Shown piece by piece: positions 23,665-35,345 of a DNA stretch of 64,000 nucleotides (position 1 is its first letter; every line of letters starts with the position of its first letter). Source of the stretch: a virus (Duplodnaviria; Heunggongvirae; Uroviricota; Caudoviricetes); IMG/VR virus record IMGVR_UViG_3300024272_001997; one strand, 5' to 3'. The notes beneath the pieces were generated by a model. That model worked only from the letters and a program-made list of their open reading frames with translations. It was not told where the DNA came from and did not search any database. A program made the position numbers and the translations under genes.

Positions 23665-24864
23665 ATGGCCCAAGAATCTTATTACTGTGAAAAATGTAAT
23701 AGAACAATGGCGGCCGACCAGTTCTACGGTACTAATAATTTAGAAAAATATCCTGATGGTAAATTGCGCATTTGTAAGAAATGTATGACAATGCACGTAG
23801 ACAATTTCAATCCGGATACTTATTTATGGATTTTACAAGAATGCGATGTTCCATATATTCCAGAAGAATGGAATAAATTATTGGCATCATATGGTAAAGA
23901 CCGCAGTAAACTGACTGGTCTGTCAATTATTGGTAGATATCTATCAAAAATGAAATTGAAGCAATTCCGAGATTATCGCTGGGAACACACCGAGCATCTT
24001 CAAGAAGTTGCGAATAAGAAAATTGAAGAGACGATGAAGCGTCAAGGATATGACGCAGTTGAAATCGCTCAAGCTGTCGCTCAGGCGACTGTCCCCGTCC
24101 CGCAGGGCATCATCGAACAACCAAAGTATGAAGAACCTAATCCATTCTTGGCATCTGGTGAAGAAGATTATTTTTCAGAGCAAAATGGTGGTCAAGATGA
24201 CTTTGTTGATGATTTGACTGAAGAGGATAAAACCTATTTGCGTTTGAAATGGGGAAAAACTTATAAACCCGAAGAATGGGTTCGATTAGAACAGCTATAT
24301 GAAGAAATGATGGCATCATATGATATTCAAGGTGCCGGACACATCGATACACTAAAATTGGTATGTAAGACATCTCTAAAGGCGAATCAATTAATCGACA
24401 TTGGCGATATTGAAGGCTTCCAAAAGATGAGCAAAGTTTATGATAGTTTGATGAAGTCTGGTAAGTTCACCGCACAACAGAATAAAGCTGAAAGTGGTGA
24501 CTTCGTTGATTCAATTGGCGAACTAATTGAAATGTGCGAAAAACAAGGATATATTGAAAGATATTATATTGAATCTCCAAAAGATAGAGTTGATATGACA
24601 ATTGCGGATATGCAGAGATATACTAAAACTCTGGTTGAAGAAGAAACCAATTTGTCAATCATGGTTGAAAAGGCTCTACGTGATATTGAGAAAGAAGATA
24701 AGGCTGAAGCTGAAAATACTGAAGATACAATTATCGATGATATTGATTTGAGTCTTGAGGATTTGGAAAAGACCTTGAAAGATCAAGATTATGTGGATTT
24801 CCAAGACTTCTTAGATGAAGAAGCTGAAGCTGACTCTGATTACTTGAATCGAGGTAGACGGTAA
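23665..24864 (+). CDS. hypothetical protein (399 aa), N-terminal zinc ribbon, acidic C-terminus; possible small terminase or DNA-packaging accessory
   Basis: Track ORF, no TAG; sits immediately upstream of terL with ATG overlapping TAA (TAATG). Confidence 0.55.
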   Translation: MAQESYYCEKCNRTMAADQFYGTNNLEKYPDGKLRICKKCMTMHVDNFNPDTYLWILQECDVPYIPEEWNKLLASYGKDRSKLTGLSIIGRYLSKMKLKQFRDYRWEHTEHLQEVANKKIEETMKRQGYDAVEIAQAVAQATVPVPQGIIEQPKYEEPNPFLASGEEDYFSEQNGGQDDFVDDLTEEDKTYLRLKWGKTYKPEEWVRLEQLYEEMMASYDIQGAGHIDTLKLVCKTSLKANQLIDIGDIEGFQKMSKVYDSLMKSGKFTAQQNKAESGDFVDSIGELIEMCEKQGYIERYYIESPKDRVDMTIADMQRYTKTLVEEETNLSIMVEKALRDIEKEDKAEAENTEDTIIDDIDLSLEDLEKTLKDQDYVDFQDFLDEEAEADSDYLNRGRR

Positions 24865-26603
24865 TGGCTTTACAAGATTTACTTGATTTATCAACATCCC
24901 GGAGAAAGATTGGTCTTTCTCCGGAACGTGTTGAGGCTGTTATGCCTACAATACGAAAGTACATAGCCTTTTGGAGAGAATATCCTGATTTATTCGTTGA
25001 CTTTATGGTACGTGGAACTAGTACCGAAGTAAAAGATGGAGAATTCTGTTTTTATTTCTATCAAAGAGTTTTCCTTCGTTGCGTTATGAGATATTAGTAT
25101 GTGTATGCGGTTTTTCCTCGTGCATATTCTAAATCTTTCTTGACTGTTATGGCATTGATGTGCCGTTGTATTTTATATCCCAATGCTCACTTGTTTGTCA
25201 CTTCTGGTGGTAAGGAGCAGGGTGCTTCTATTCTACAAAGTAAAGTAGAAGAAATTTGTAAATTGATTCCCAGCTTTGAAAGAGAAATTGACTGGGGACG
25301 AGGTAAGACTTTAACTGGTAAAGATAAAGTCCGATATGTATTTAAGAATGGTTCTGTTCTGGATAACCTTGCGGCCCGTGAATCTACGCGTGGTCAGCGT
25401 CGTCATGGCGGCGTAATGGAGGAATGTGTTGGTATTGATGACCAAATCCTTCGCGAAGTTATTATCCCTGTTATGGCTATCTCTCGTCGTGCGAAAGATG
25501 GTACTACTAATGAAAAAGAACCTTTGAATAAATCTCAGATTTATATTACAACTGCTGGATATAAAGGAACTTATCCATATGATAGATTGATTGGTTTCTT
25601 GGTTCGTATGGTCACTCAGCCCGATCGCTGTATTGTGCTTGGTGGTACTTGGAGAACGCCAGTGGCAATGGGATTACAGAGTAAAACATTCATTACCGAC
25701 CAGAAGAATGAAGGTACTTATAATGAAGCCTCTTTCGAGCGTGAGTATGAGTCTAAGTGGTCTGGTACTGTTGAAGATGCATTCTTCAATGGAGAACATT
25801 TTACTCGTAATAGAAAATTATTACAACCTGAATATGAACATTCCGGAAGGTCTGCGGCCGGCGCTTATTATGTGCTATCAGTCGACGTAGGTCGTAAGGG
25901 ATGTGATTCTGTTGTTTGTGTATTCAAGGTGACGCCGCAGGCGCAAGGCCCTGCTATCAAGTCTTTGGTAAATATTTATACAATGGCTGATGAACACTTT
26001 GAAGATCAAGCAATTAAGCTGAAAAAACTGTTCTATAAGTATAAAGCTAGAACTCTCGTAATCGACGGTAATGGTGTTGGTTTGGGTCTAATTGATTATA
26101 TGATTAAATCTTAGAATGATGAAAATGGAGACTTCTATCCTGACTTTGGCGTTCAAAACGACGATGAAGGTTATTATAAAAAGTATAGAACAGCTAATAC
26201 TGAATATGATGCTATGTATATTATCAAGGCAAATGCGCCAATCAATACAGAGTGTCACGCAAACGCACAAAGCCAACTTGCGGCCGGTAAGGTAAAATTC
26301 TTGATTGATGAAAGAACAGCAAGAGAAAAATTACTGGGAACCGCAAAAGGTTAGAAAATGAAGCCTGAGGAAAGGGCAGAATACCTTCAACCATTTACCC
26401 TAACTTCCATATTGAAAGAGGAAATGATGAATTTGCGTGAAGAAAATGAAGGCATAAATATCATTTTGAAACAAGCAAATCGTGGAATTAGGAAGGATAA
26501 GTTTTCTGCGTTTGAATATGGTTTGTATTATATAAAACAAGAAGAAGATAAAAAGAAGAAGAAAAAGAGATTTAACGCTGCTGATTGGGCGTTTTATAAT
26601 TAA
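24864..26603 (+). CDS. terL: terminase large subunit (about 579 aa) with 3 in-frame TAG codons (25098, 26112, 26352)
   Basis: Three same-frame track ORFs joined by TAG; N-terminal ATPase-like region (VFPRAYSKSF) and C-terminal RNaseH-like nuclease (YYVLSVDVGRKG...LVIDGNGVG). Confidence 0.7.
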
Positions 26604-26614
26604 GGAGGGTTGAC

Positions 26615-26971
26615 ATGAGAGCATCTCGCGGTGAGATTAAGATTGAAGAAATCTTAAAAGAAGCTGAGCTTACTTTTAAGATGGAATATATCTTCCCTGA
26701 CTTAAAGAGCCCCAATGGTCGCCCTTTAAGATTTGATTTTGTCGTTTTTGATGATGATGGTAAAATTGATTTTATTATTGAATATCAAGGAAAACAGCAC
26801 TATGAACCAAGTGCGAAGTTCGGTGGTAAAAAAGGATTTTATCAACAGCAATACAATGATAATCAAAAGCGACGCTTTTGTGCTTTACATGATTTTCGTT
26901 TAATTGAAATACCATATACAGATGAAAACTTGATCTCTTATGACTATATCATGAAATTAGCAGGATATTAA
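26615..26971 (+). CDS. putative PD-(D/E)xK-like (DUF559/Vsr-like) endonuclease, 118 aa, TAG-free
   Basis: Track ORF; RFDFVVFDDDGKIDFIIEYQGKQHY resembles REase-like core; between terL and portal, a common homing-endonuclease site. Confidence 0.45.
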   Translation: MRASRGEIKIEEILKEAELTFKMEYIFPDLKSPNGRPLRFDFVVFDDDGKIDFIIEYQGKQHYEPSAKFGGKKGFYQQQYNDNQKRRFCALHDFRLIEIPYTDENLISYDYIMKLAGY

Positions 26972-26985
26972 AAGGAGGTGGAGTT

Positions 26986-28584
26986 TTGGATAAGTTAACT
27001 AGACAAGAAGAAATTCGTGCCAAAGGTTTTGACATGGGTGGAACTACCTATGGTAAAATTAAAATTGGAACTAAAACACTTGAAGATGCCGTTTTGAATT
27101 TAGGTTCAATTCAAAAGGAAACTAGAAACATCATCAATAAAGGCGTTATTTATCGTGCGCTTGCGGATAATGATGTTGAGAAGTTAAGAGAGATTTCTAA
27201 TTACTTCTATAAGACCAGCGGTATCTATCAAAGAGTATGTAATTATTTCGCTACTATGTATCGTTATGATTGGTATGTTGTTCCAGAAGTATACGATGAA
27301 AGTATCAAAGAAGAAAAGATTGTTGGAGATTTCCATAAGGTCTTGAACTTCTTAGATAATTCATATGTCAAAAAAGTTTGCGGTGATATGGCTCTTGGCG
27401 TTATCAAGAATGGCGCTTATTATGGATATATCGTTCCCACCTCAAAAGGAATTATTATTCAAGAGTTGCCTGTAAATTATTGCCGTTCTCGTTTTAGTTT
27501 GAATAATTTACCAACTGTTGAGTTCAATATGAAGTTTTTTGATGTTATGTTCCCAGATACTGGATACAGAATGAAAGTATTGAATTTGTTCCCAGAAGAG
27601 TTCAAGAAGGGATATGCTGCTTACAAGAGTGGTAAGTTACTTCCTGAAAGTCCATGGGATAGAGATAGTGGTTGGTATTTGTTGGACCCAGAGAAAACCG
27701 TGAAATTTAGTTTTAGTAATGGTGGATTCGGCGGTGTCGATTTACCATTATTTATCAATGCGATTCCTCTTATTTTGGATTTGGATGCGGCTCAGGATTT
27801 GGATCGTAGAAAGCAAATGCAAAAGTTATTGAAAATTGTAGTTCAGAAACTCCCATTAGATAAAAATGGTGATTTGATTTTTGACGTCGATGAAGCAAGA
27901 GATATTCATAATAATGCTGTTTAGATGTTGAAGCGTGCGGTTGGTGTTGACGTATTGACTACTTTCGCTGATATTGAAAGTATTGATATGTCTGATAAGA
28001 ATACTACTACTACTCAAGATGACTTGATGAAAGTTGAGCGTAGTGTATATAATGCTTTTGGTGTTCCGCAAAGTTTATTTAACTCTGATAGTAATTTAGC
28101 AATGAATTTATCTGTGCTAAATGATGAAGGTGCGGTCCGCACCTTGTTGCTACAATTTGGTGTTTTCTTTGATAGACTAACACAGAATTTTGGTGCGAAT
28201 AAAAAGAAATACAATTTTAGATTCTATATGCTTGAGACTACTCAGTATAACTACAAAGAGTTGTCTAAGATGTATAAAGAATGTGTTCAGTTAGGATATT
28301 CTAAGATGTTGCCTCAAATTGCTTTAGGCCATTCTCAGAGTGCTATCTTGAATACTGCTTACTTTGAAAATGAAGTTTTACATTTGAGTGAAGTTATGAT
28401 TCCTCCGCTGATGTCTTCTACTATGAATATGCAAGACTTAAAGGGCAATTCTAATCAAACTCAAACTAACAAAACTCAAACTAAATCAGGAGGATAGTCT
28501 TCTGAGAAGTCTGCGGGCCGACCGGAGAAACCAGACAATCAAAAGAGCGATAAGACTATCCAAAATAAAGAATCTATGAGCTAA
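26986..28584 (+). CDS. portal protein candidate (about 532 aa), TTG start, 2 in-frame TAGs (27922, 28495)
   Basis: AAGGAGGTGGAGTT-TTG; two same-frame track ORFs joined by TAG; position after terL. Confidence 0.55.
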
Positions 28585-28595
28585 GGAGGAGCAAG

Positions 28596-30122
28596 ATGCA
28601 TACAAGTATTAAGTTAGATACACCTGTTGAGTTTATCAACATTACTCCTCTCAATCCTTTGATTTCTAAATGTCAGATTAAGGTGTGCTACGTAAGCGAT
28701 GAACCAAATCGTAACCGTAGTATCATCACCAAAGAAGTTGCAAAGCAAATGGCTAATTCATTGCCAGGATGCCCTATCGTTGGTTTTTATAATGAAGATA
28801 AGGGCGACTTTGAGGAGCACAATCGTATCATTGATATTTCCAATGGAAAGTTCGAGATCAAGGATACTACTCGCCCATACGGTTTCGTTGATTTGAGTGC
28901 GAAAGTTTGGTTCCAAAAGTTCTTGGATGATGGAATGACTGAGCGAGAGTATATGATGACTGAGGGCTGGTTATGGACCGGCCAATATCCAGAGTGCCGC
29001 AGAATCCTGGCACATGGAAATAATCAATCCATGGAATTGGATGAAGGTACATTAGATGCTCATTGGTCAAAAGATGGTAATGGAGATCCCAAATTCTTTA
29101 TTATCAATGAAGCAATTATTTCAAAACTTTGTACTCTTGGTGAAAGTAATGAACCCTGCTTCGAGGGTGCCAACATTACTGCACCTACCATTCAATTCGC
29201 TTTTGAAGATGGCTTTAAAGAGCAACTATTCTCTATGATGAACGAATTGAAAGAATATTTGAATAAAGGAGGAGAAAAAGTGTTTACTAGATATGCTGTT
29301 GAAATCGGTGACGCTTTATGGACCGCTCTTTATAGTCGCGTTGAAGATGCTTACGTTATTGAGAGCGTATGTGAAGATGGTGAGCAGAAGTTCGCTGTTG
29401 TTACTGCCGATGATAAGTATTACCGTTTAGATTTCTCCATCGCTGAAGACGGCGTAATTGAGTTCGCTGCTGAACCTGTTTTGATGGAAGAGTATACTCC
29501 ATCTGAAGAGCCTCAGTTTGATCCTGTCGCTGTTGATGAATATGCCAAGTCTAAGAAGGCCGCCAAGAAGGATGAAGATGATGACGAGCCTGAAAAGAAA
29601 GATGGCGAAGGCGAGGAAGAAAAGTGCCCTAAGTGCGGCAAGCCTAAGTCTGAGTGTGAATGCGAAGACGAAGATGACGACGATAAAAAGAAAAAGGGCA
29701 AGAAAGAAAAATACAATCTTGATGAAATTCAAGAATATGTAGAGCTAAGCTCCAAATATTCTGACTTGGAGACTAATTATAATGCTGCTCAGGAAAAAAT
29801 CGCTGACCTAGAAGCTCAGATTGGTGAGTTGACTGCATTTAAGAAGTCCATTGAAAAGGCAGAAAAAGAGAAAATGATTGACAGTTTCTATATGCTGTCT
29901 GATGATGACAAGAAGGATGTTATTGAGAACATCGATACTTATTCTCTGGATGATATTGAAGCTAAGCTATCAATTATTTGTGTTCGCAACAAGGTCAGTT
30001 TCAACCTTGATGATGATAAGAACAATGGCGTAACCACCTATAATTTGGATGGTGGAGTTCCTGCGGACGAGACTGTTCCCGCTTGGATTAAAGCCTTGCG
30101 TTCTGTTGCGAGTGAAATGTAA
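28596..30122 (+). CDS. scaffolding / prohead-maturation protein candidate (508 aa), TAG-free
   Basis: Track ORF; acidic low-complexity linker, CPKCGKPKSECEC motif and C-terminal coiled coil. Confidence 0.5.
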   Translation: MHTSIKLDTPVEFINITPLNPLISKCQIKVCYVSDEPNRNRSIITKEVAKQMANSLPGCPIVGFYNEDKGDFEEHNRIIDISNGKFEIKDTTRPYGFVDLSAKVWFQKFLDDGMTEREYMMTEGWLWTGQYPECRRILAHGNNQSMELDEGTLDAHWSKDGNGDPKFFIINEAIISKLCTLGESNEPCFEGANITAPTIQFAFEDGFKEQLFSMMNELKEYLNKGGEKVFTRYAVEIGDALWTALYSRVEDAYVIESVCEDGEQKFAVVTADDKYYRLDFSIAEDGVIEFAAEPVLMEEYTPSEEPQFDPVAVDEYAKSKKAAKKDEDDDEPEKKDGEGEEEKCPKCGKPKSECECEDEDDDDKKKKGKKEKYNLDEIQEYVELSSKYSDLETNYNAAQEKIADLEAQIGELTAFKKSIEKAEKEKMIDSFYMLSDDDKKDVIENIDTYSLDDIEAKLSIICVRNKVSFNLDDDKNNGVTTYNLDGGVPADETVPAWIKALRSVASEM

Positions 30123-30149
30123 TAAAAACTAATAAGGAGGAAAATAGAA

Positions 30150-30968
30150 ATGCTTAGAGAATTATTGAAGAAGCATATTAAGTCTCAGGCAGAGTTCGTA
30201 GAAGTCGGCTACGGTCAGGTTGAACCCAACCACCTAAGCGCTCAGAGAACTGCTCAGATTTATGCTCAGTTGCCTGCTGATCCTGCTATTAAGGTTCTAG
30301 AGCAGGGACAGTTTGTTAAGTATGACTATGCAGCTGGCCTTGTAAACTTTACTGGTGCAGGCGAGTGGATGCTTGTTTATAACGAAATCAAGTTGTATCG
30401 TGAGCATCAGTTAGATTGCGAGTTCGCAATGTTAAAAGACAATTATCAGGCTCGTGTTTATAGCCCATTGGATCACACCAAGCCTGAGGAGATGTACGGT
30501 CCTACCCGTTTCATGAACGGCGTAAGAGAGCGTTATAATCCTACTACCGGCGCTTTCGAGCAGTTGGATGAAATCAAGAATCCTGAGACTGGCGAAGTTG
30601 CTGATTACAGCGTTATTTCTAGCGTACATGACTACTATGAGATGAACGACATCAACAATCCTGAAATCGAGGGAGACGCTCGTAAGAGATTGTTCATGAA
30701 GTTGCGTGATTACCAGGAGAAGATGATGCCCGCAGGTACTACTATGGTTCCTCGTGTATTCAAGACTAATGTTGGTGACCACTACACTACCAACCTAATC
30801 CATGCTGAACCCGGCTCTTTGAAGGAGTTCGATCTATTGGCTCCTCGTGCTGCCGATGGTATCTTAGAGCCTGTTGCTGATGCTTCTGGCGATATGGTAT
30901 GGCAGGTTGCTAAGGTTTACACTATGCCTGACCACCAGCCTGGTGTCAAGGTTATTAGAATTAAGTAA
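30150..30968 (+). CDS. structural protein (272 aa), TAG-free
   Basis: Track ORF; GGAGG RBS; highly expressed-type codon usage. Confidence 0.55.
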   Translation: MLRELLKKHIKSQAEFVEVGYGQVEPNHLSAQRTAQIYAQLPADPAIKVLEQGQFVKYDYAAGLVNFTGAGEWMLVYNEIKLYREHQLDCEFAMLKDNYQARVYSPLDHTKPEEMYGPTRFMNGVRERYNPTTGAFEQLDEIKNPETGEVADYSVISSVHDYYEMNDINNPEIEGDARKRLFMKLRDYQEKMMPAGTTMVPRVFKTNVGDHYTTNLIHAEPGSLKEFDLLAPRAADGILEPVADASGDMVWQVAKVYTMPDHQPGVKVIRIK

Positions 30969-30987
30969 TTGAAAGGAGAGAAGTATA

Positions 30988-32127
30988 ATGGCTTTAGATA
31001 AGAAAAATTTAGTACAGCTGGCAAAGACTGTAGCAAAAGCTGACCCTTCTGCTCCTGTTTCTTACAGCTTCAATGGCGAAAGTTTTAACTATGAGACTCT
31101 AAATGAGACTCTACGCCGTGAATTCAATGAGATTGCTGGTACTTACGCTTTGTATCGTGAGAACAAGCACCTGATCTTCGCAGTTATCGAAGAGACTATG
31201 GACGAGGTTCTGCCTAAGAAGGTTGAGCAGGCTTATATGCAGTTTGCTGAGACCAAGCAGTTCGCTCAGGGCGACAAGCCTATTTTCCGTCGTAAGAGAG
31301 ACGTTCGTCAGCGCGCTAAGCAGTTCGTAACTCGCGTTGGTCTAGCAGGTATTTACGAAGTCTTCAAGCTAGGTCCTAGTGAAGAAGAGAGCTTCGAAGT
31401 CCGCACTAGCGCCATCGGTGGAGCTGCTCAGATCGGCTTCGAAGAGTTCTTGGATGGACGTGTTGACTTCGCTGAAGTAACTAATATCGTCATGGAAGGC
31501 ATGAACGAGTTGATCATGAAGGAAGTTGGTCATGCACTAGCTGCTTCTATCAATCAGTTGCCTCCTGCTAATATCGCTGTTGTTAATGGTTTCGACGAGC
31601 AGGAATTCGATCGCTTGTTGGTTATCGCTTCTGCTTACGGTGAGCCTACCATTTACTGCACTTACGAGTTTGCCGTAAAGATGGTTCCTACCGAGGGTTG
31701 GAGATACACTGAGTCCATGAAGCAGCAGTTGTGGGATACTGGTCACTTGGCTACTTACAAGGGACGTAAGGTTGTTATTCTACCCCAGGGCTTAGAGGAT
31801 GAGACCAATATGCGCAAGGTAATCAATCCTGGTTACTGCTACATCATCCCCGCTGGTGCTGACACCAAGCCTGTGAAGATTGCTTTCGAGGGTAATACCA
31901 TTGTTGACGAGTTCAATAACTATGACCGTTCTCGTGATATTCACGTCTATAAGAAGGTCGGCGTTCTAGCTATGTTGGCTAACAACATCTGCGCTTACGC
32001 TGATGCTAGCTTGTTGGGTCAGATGGATATTGCTGGCTCTGTTTGGGATAGCACTGCTTATGTAAGTGAAGTTAAGGCTTATGCTGAGTCCACTTACAAT
32101 CCTAACTACGAGTTCCCAAAGGTTTAA
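30988..32127 (+). CDS. major capsid protein candidate (379 aa), TAG-free
   Basis: Track ORF after scaffold; GGAGAGAAGTATA-ATG; followed by the strongest terminator in the window. Confidence 0.6.
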   Translation: MALDKKNLVQLAKTVAKADPSAPVSYSFNGESFNYETLNETLRREFNEIAGTYALYRENKHLIFAVIEETMDEVLPKKVEQAYMQFAETKQFAQGDKPIFRRKRDVRQRAKQFVTRVGLAGIYEVFKLGPSEEESFEVRTSAIGGAAQIGFEEFLDGRVDFAEVTNIVMEGMNELIMKEVGHALAASINQLPPANIAVVNGFDEQEFDRLLVIASAYGEPTIYCTYEFAVKMVPTEGWRYTESMKQQLWDTGHLATYKGRKVVILPQGLEDETNMRKVINPGYCYIIPAGADTKPVKIAFEGNTIVDEFNNYDRSRDIHVYKKVGVLAMLANNICAYADASLLGQMDIAGSVWDSTAYVSEVKAYAESTYNPNYEFPKV

Positions 32128-32152
32128 TTTAATATAAAATAATTAGTTTAGA

Positions 32153-32190
32153 GGGGGAAGAGGGGATATCCCCACTTCCCCCTATTTTTT
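32153..32190 (+). terminator. rho-independent terminator after capsid gene
   Basis: GGGGGAAGaggggatatccccaCTTCCCCC followed by TATTTTTT. Confidence 0.75.
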
Positions 32191-32215
32191 ATTATGAGAA
32201 AAAGGAGATAATACA

Positions 32216-32800
32216 ATGGCTATTTTTAATGTAAAGAACAGAGGTGCTAGTTGGGTCACCTATAAGATTCCAGAAGACGGAATCCGCAGAAGTTTTGCTC
32301 CCGGCGAAGTAAAGAAAGTTAGCGATGTTGAATTGGAAAAGCTAACTTATCAGCCTGGTGGTATGGTTATTCTTTCCCAGTTCCTTCAGATTCAAGACGA
32401 AGTTGCTCTAAGAAATTTGAATATTCGTACTGAGCCTGAGTATCATATGAGCGAAGCAGATGTTGCTGCTTTGATTAGAACTGGTTCTTTAGATGCTTTC
32501 TTAGATGCTCTTGATTTTGCTCCAGCTGGAGTTATTGATTTGATCAAGAAGTTGAGCTTGGAAATTCCTCTAATGGATTTGGGTAAGAGAAAGGCTTTGA
32601 AAGATAAGACTGGTCTTGATGTCGATGCTGCTCTAAAGAACAGAGAAGCTGAGAAGGAAGACGAGAATGGTGGAAATACCATCCTAAAGCAGACTGAGCG
32701 TAGAGTGAAGACTGAGGAAGTCGCTCCTGGTCGTCGTACCACTACTCCTAAGTACAATATTATTAAGACAGAGCCAGCAGCTGATAAAGCTACTGAATAA
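32216..32800 (+). CDS. structural protein (194 aa), TAG-free
   Basis: Track ORF; AAAAAGGAGATAATACA-ATG. Confidence 0.55.
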   Translation: MAIFNVKNRGASWVTYKIPEDGIRRSFAPGEVKKVSDVELEKLTYQPGGMVILSQFLQIQDEVALRNLNIRTEPEYHMSEADVAALIRTGSLDAFLDALDFAPAGVIDLIKKLSLEIPLMDLGKRKALKDKTGLDVDAALKNREAEKEDENGGNTILKQTERRVKTEEVAPGRRTTTPKYNIIKTEPAADKATE

Positions 32801-32822
32801 TAAAATATAAGGAGGCAATTAT

Positions 32823-33401
32823 ATGACATTATTTTCGTCTGTCTATAATCGCTTTCTTGGACAAGTTACCGATGACCTCTATCTAGAGCTCACTCCAGAA
32901 GATACATTAAGAGATTTACAAAATCTTTTGCTTAATGCAATTCCGGGTTTTGAATTTCCTAGACAAAATCTTTATGATTATACTCTTAATTTGACAGAAA
33001 AGCTGGAAAGTGATGTAACCCCTGATGAATTTATTTTAGGTACTATCTGGGGTAATTTAGATGGAGAATTATTAGAAACTCCTAAAGTCCTAGTAGATAA
33101 TTCACATTTTAATGTTGAACTTACTGCTGAGGAAATTAATATCTTGGCGCTTTTAATGAAACAAGGTTGGGTTCAGCGTCAAGTAACTTCAATTGAAAAT
33201 ACTCGTATGAAATATAGTGGAAGCGATTTTAAAATGACTTCTCAAGCTAATCATTTATCTAAGTTATTAGCTTTGTTAGAAGAGAGTCGAAGAGATTCTT
33301 TCCATATGCAAAGACTATATAAGCGTCGTAAATTTACGGCCGATGGTAAATATGCCTCCAACTGGGGCAGTTTAATGGAGACTAGTGCTCTTGATTACTA
33401 A
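32823..33401 (+). CDS. head-completion/adaptor candidate (192 aa), TAG-free
   Basis: Track ORF; AAGGAGGCAATTAT-ATG. Confidence 0.55.
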   Translation: MTLFSSVYNRFLGQVTDDLYLELTPEDTLRDLQNLLLNAIPGFEFPRQNLYDYTLNLTEKLESDVTPDEFILGTIWGNLDGELLETPKVLVDNSHFNVELTAEEINILALLMKQGWVQRQVTSIENTRMKYSGSDFKMTSQANHLSKLLALLEESRRDSFHMQRLYKRRKFTADGKYASNWGSLMETSALDY

Positions 33402-33700
33402 GTATGGTTTTGAATTTCGTGTGTATGATATTGAAGTAAATGTTCGTCGCTTAACCAACCAATTATGGAAGCTAATTCCAATGCGCGAACACGAAGAAGA
33501 TTGGCTGAAACAATTAGATACAGTAACTATTGAGATTGCGGGACTGAATGAAATTTTTACAGGCCCGCAATTTTTACAGATGTTATGTAAATTAGAGGGA
33601 TTAAAGACCTAGGAAACAGAATTTGAGCTATATCGCAAAACTGTGTTTGAATGCATTAGTTTATTGTAGGAGCTAAACCATGGCATCAGGTTATGATTTA
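33391..33700 (+). CDS. hypothetical protein (about 103 aa; TTG or GTG start; 2 TAGs)
   Basis: Frame +1 relative to previous gene; GGAG 10 nt before TTG; reads through TAG at 33610 and 33676 to TGA. Confidence 0.3.
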
Positions 33701-34726
33701 AGTAGTCAAATCCCTTTTAGATTGATGAAAGGCCGATTAGGAGTTTATGATAAAAGAAAGTTTGATCCAAAGAAGAGTGGGGTTGATGGAGTTCTTCATC
33801 AATCAGCTCGTATGGGACAAGCTGGCGGTAATCTATAGCAAGAGCGAATGATTAAAGATAAACGTCGTTCTTTAGACCATGCGGTTTGGTATTCTTATCA
33901 AGGTGCAAAAGTTATTCCTGTAGATGCGAGCGATCGGACGCCGATCCGCGCACTTATCAATCCGAATAAGTTGAAAATGGATTATGATGATAAAATTATT
34001 TCAGTGGGCTATGAATATAACTTTGCTCCTGGAACGGTTTTTGAGTGGGTTGGTACAGGAACTTATTGGATTGTACAATTACAAGATTTAACTGAATTAG
34101 CTTATTTTCGTGGAGATATAAGAAGATGCCGTTATGAAATTGCTTGGGAAGATGAAAACGGTAAGCATAAAACTTATGCGGCTGTTAGAGGTCCCGTTGA
34201 AACGAAAATCAATTATATTCAAAAGCATGGAATAAGTGTTGATACTCCTAATCTTTCGCTGAATCTTTATTTACCATTAAATGAAGATACAAAAAATTAT
34301 TTCAAACGTTATTCTAAATTTTATTTGTAGAATGATGATACTTGTTGGCGTGTTGAAGCTCTTGATTGGATTTCTACTCCTGGTATTTTAGAGATTGCCG
34401 CAGTTGAATATTATGCAAATGAATTTGAAGATGATGTTGAAAATGGTGTTGTAGATGGATTAATTGAAGAAATTCCAGATCCAAATGTAGCTGGTGGTAA
34501 GATTATTGGTGATACCTTCATTAAAATTAGACAACCTGCTGTGTTTAAATTTGATGGTAATATTGGAGCAGTCTGGGAAGTGGATAAAAAATATCCTGTG
34601 ACCTTAGATATTGATAAAGATGATCCTCGTATAGTAGTAGTTACCTGGGAAGGATCATTCAGCGGTTAGTTTGAATTGAGATATTCAAAATATAGTAAGA
34701 CTATTGTAGTAGAATCTCTATTTTAA
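33680..34726 (+). CDS. structural protein (about 348 aa) with 3 in-frame TAGs (33836, 34331, 34667)
   Basis: GGAG then ATG at 33680; track ORF 33848..34330 is its middle fragment; ends TAA. Confidence 0.5.
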
Positions 34727-34752
34727 GAACTAAGAGTAAAAGGAGTGTTTAT

Positions 34753-35343
34753 ATGAAAATTGAAACTTATACATATCCTAAGTCTAGTTTTTTAGCTTTA
34801 GAAAAGGATATGGGTATTATTGTTTAGATGATTATGAAAAATGATCGTTTAAAGAAAATGCTTTATTACACAACCAAGGATTGTTTAGATAGACCAAAAC
34901 TAACTAAAATGTAGACCAATAGTTTATTTGGAGAGCAAATAAAAATTGTTCCAAAATTATATATAGATCATTCTGTATTAAATTATATTATCGTTAGTTT
35001 TGATAATTTTGTACCAAATCGTACTAATCCAGAATTTAGAGATAATATTATTGAATTTGATATTATTTGTCATTATGATCAATGGCATATGAAAGATTTT
35101 GAATTGCGTCCATATAAAATTGCAGCAGAATTAGATTCTATGTTTAGTGAATAGCATTTAACTGGCATTGGTAAATTAGAATTTAATGGTGCTAATCAAA
35201 TTTTACTTACCGATGAATATGCTGGTTTATGTATTACTTTTAGAGCAATCCATGGAGAAGAAGATAAAAAATTTATGCCGAATCCAATGGATGAAGAGGC
35301 ATTTATTGAGAACTTTAATGCAATTTTTAATGAGGATAAATAA
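34753..35343 (+). CDS. structural protein (about 196 aa) with about 4 in-frame TAGs
   Basis: AAAAGGAGTGTTTAT-ATG; continuous frame to TAA at 35341-35343. Confidence 0.5.
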
Positions 35344-35345
35344 TT

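Noticed and set aside
33385-33401. Possible programmed frameshift from 32823..33401 into the +1-frame ORF 33391..33700
   Set aside because: No slippery heptamer at the overlap. A GGAG at proper spacing before a TTG start explains the downstream ORF as an independent, if low-confidence, gene.
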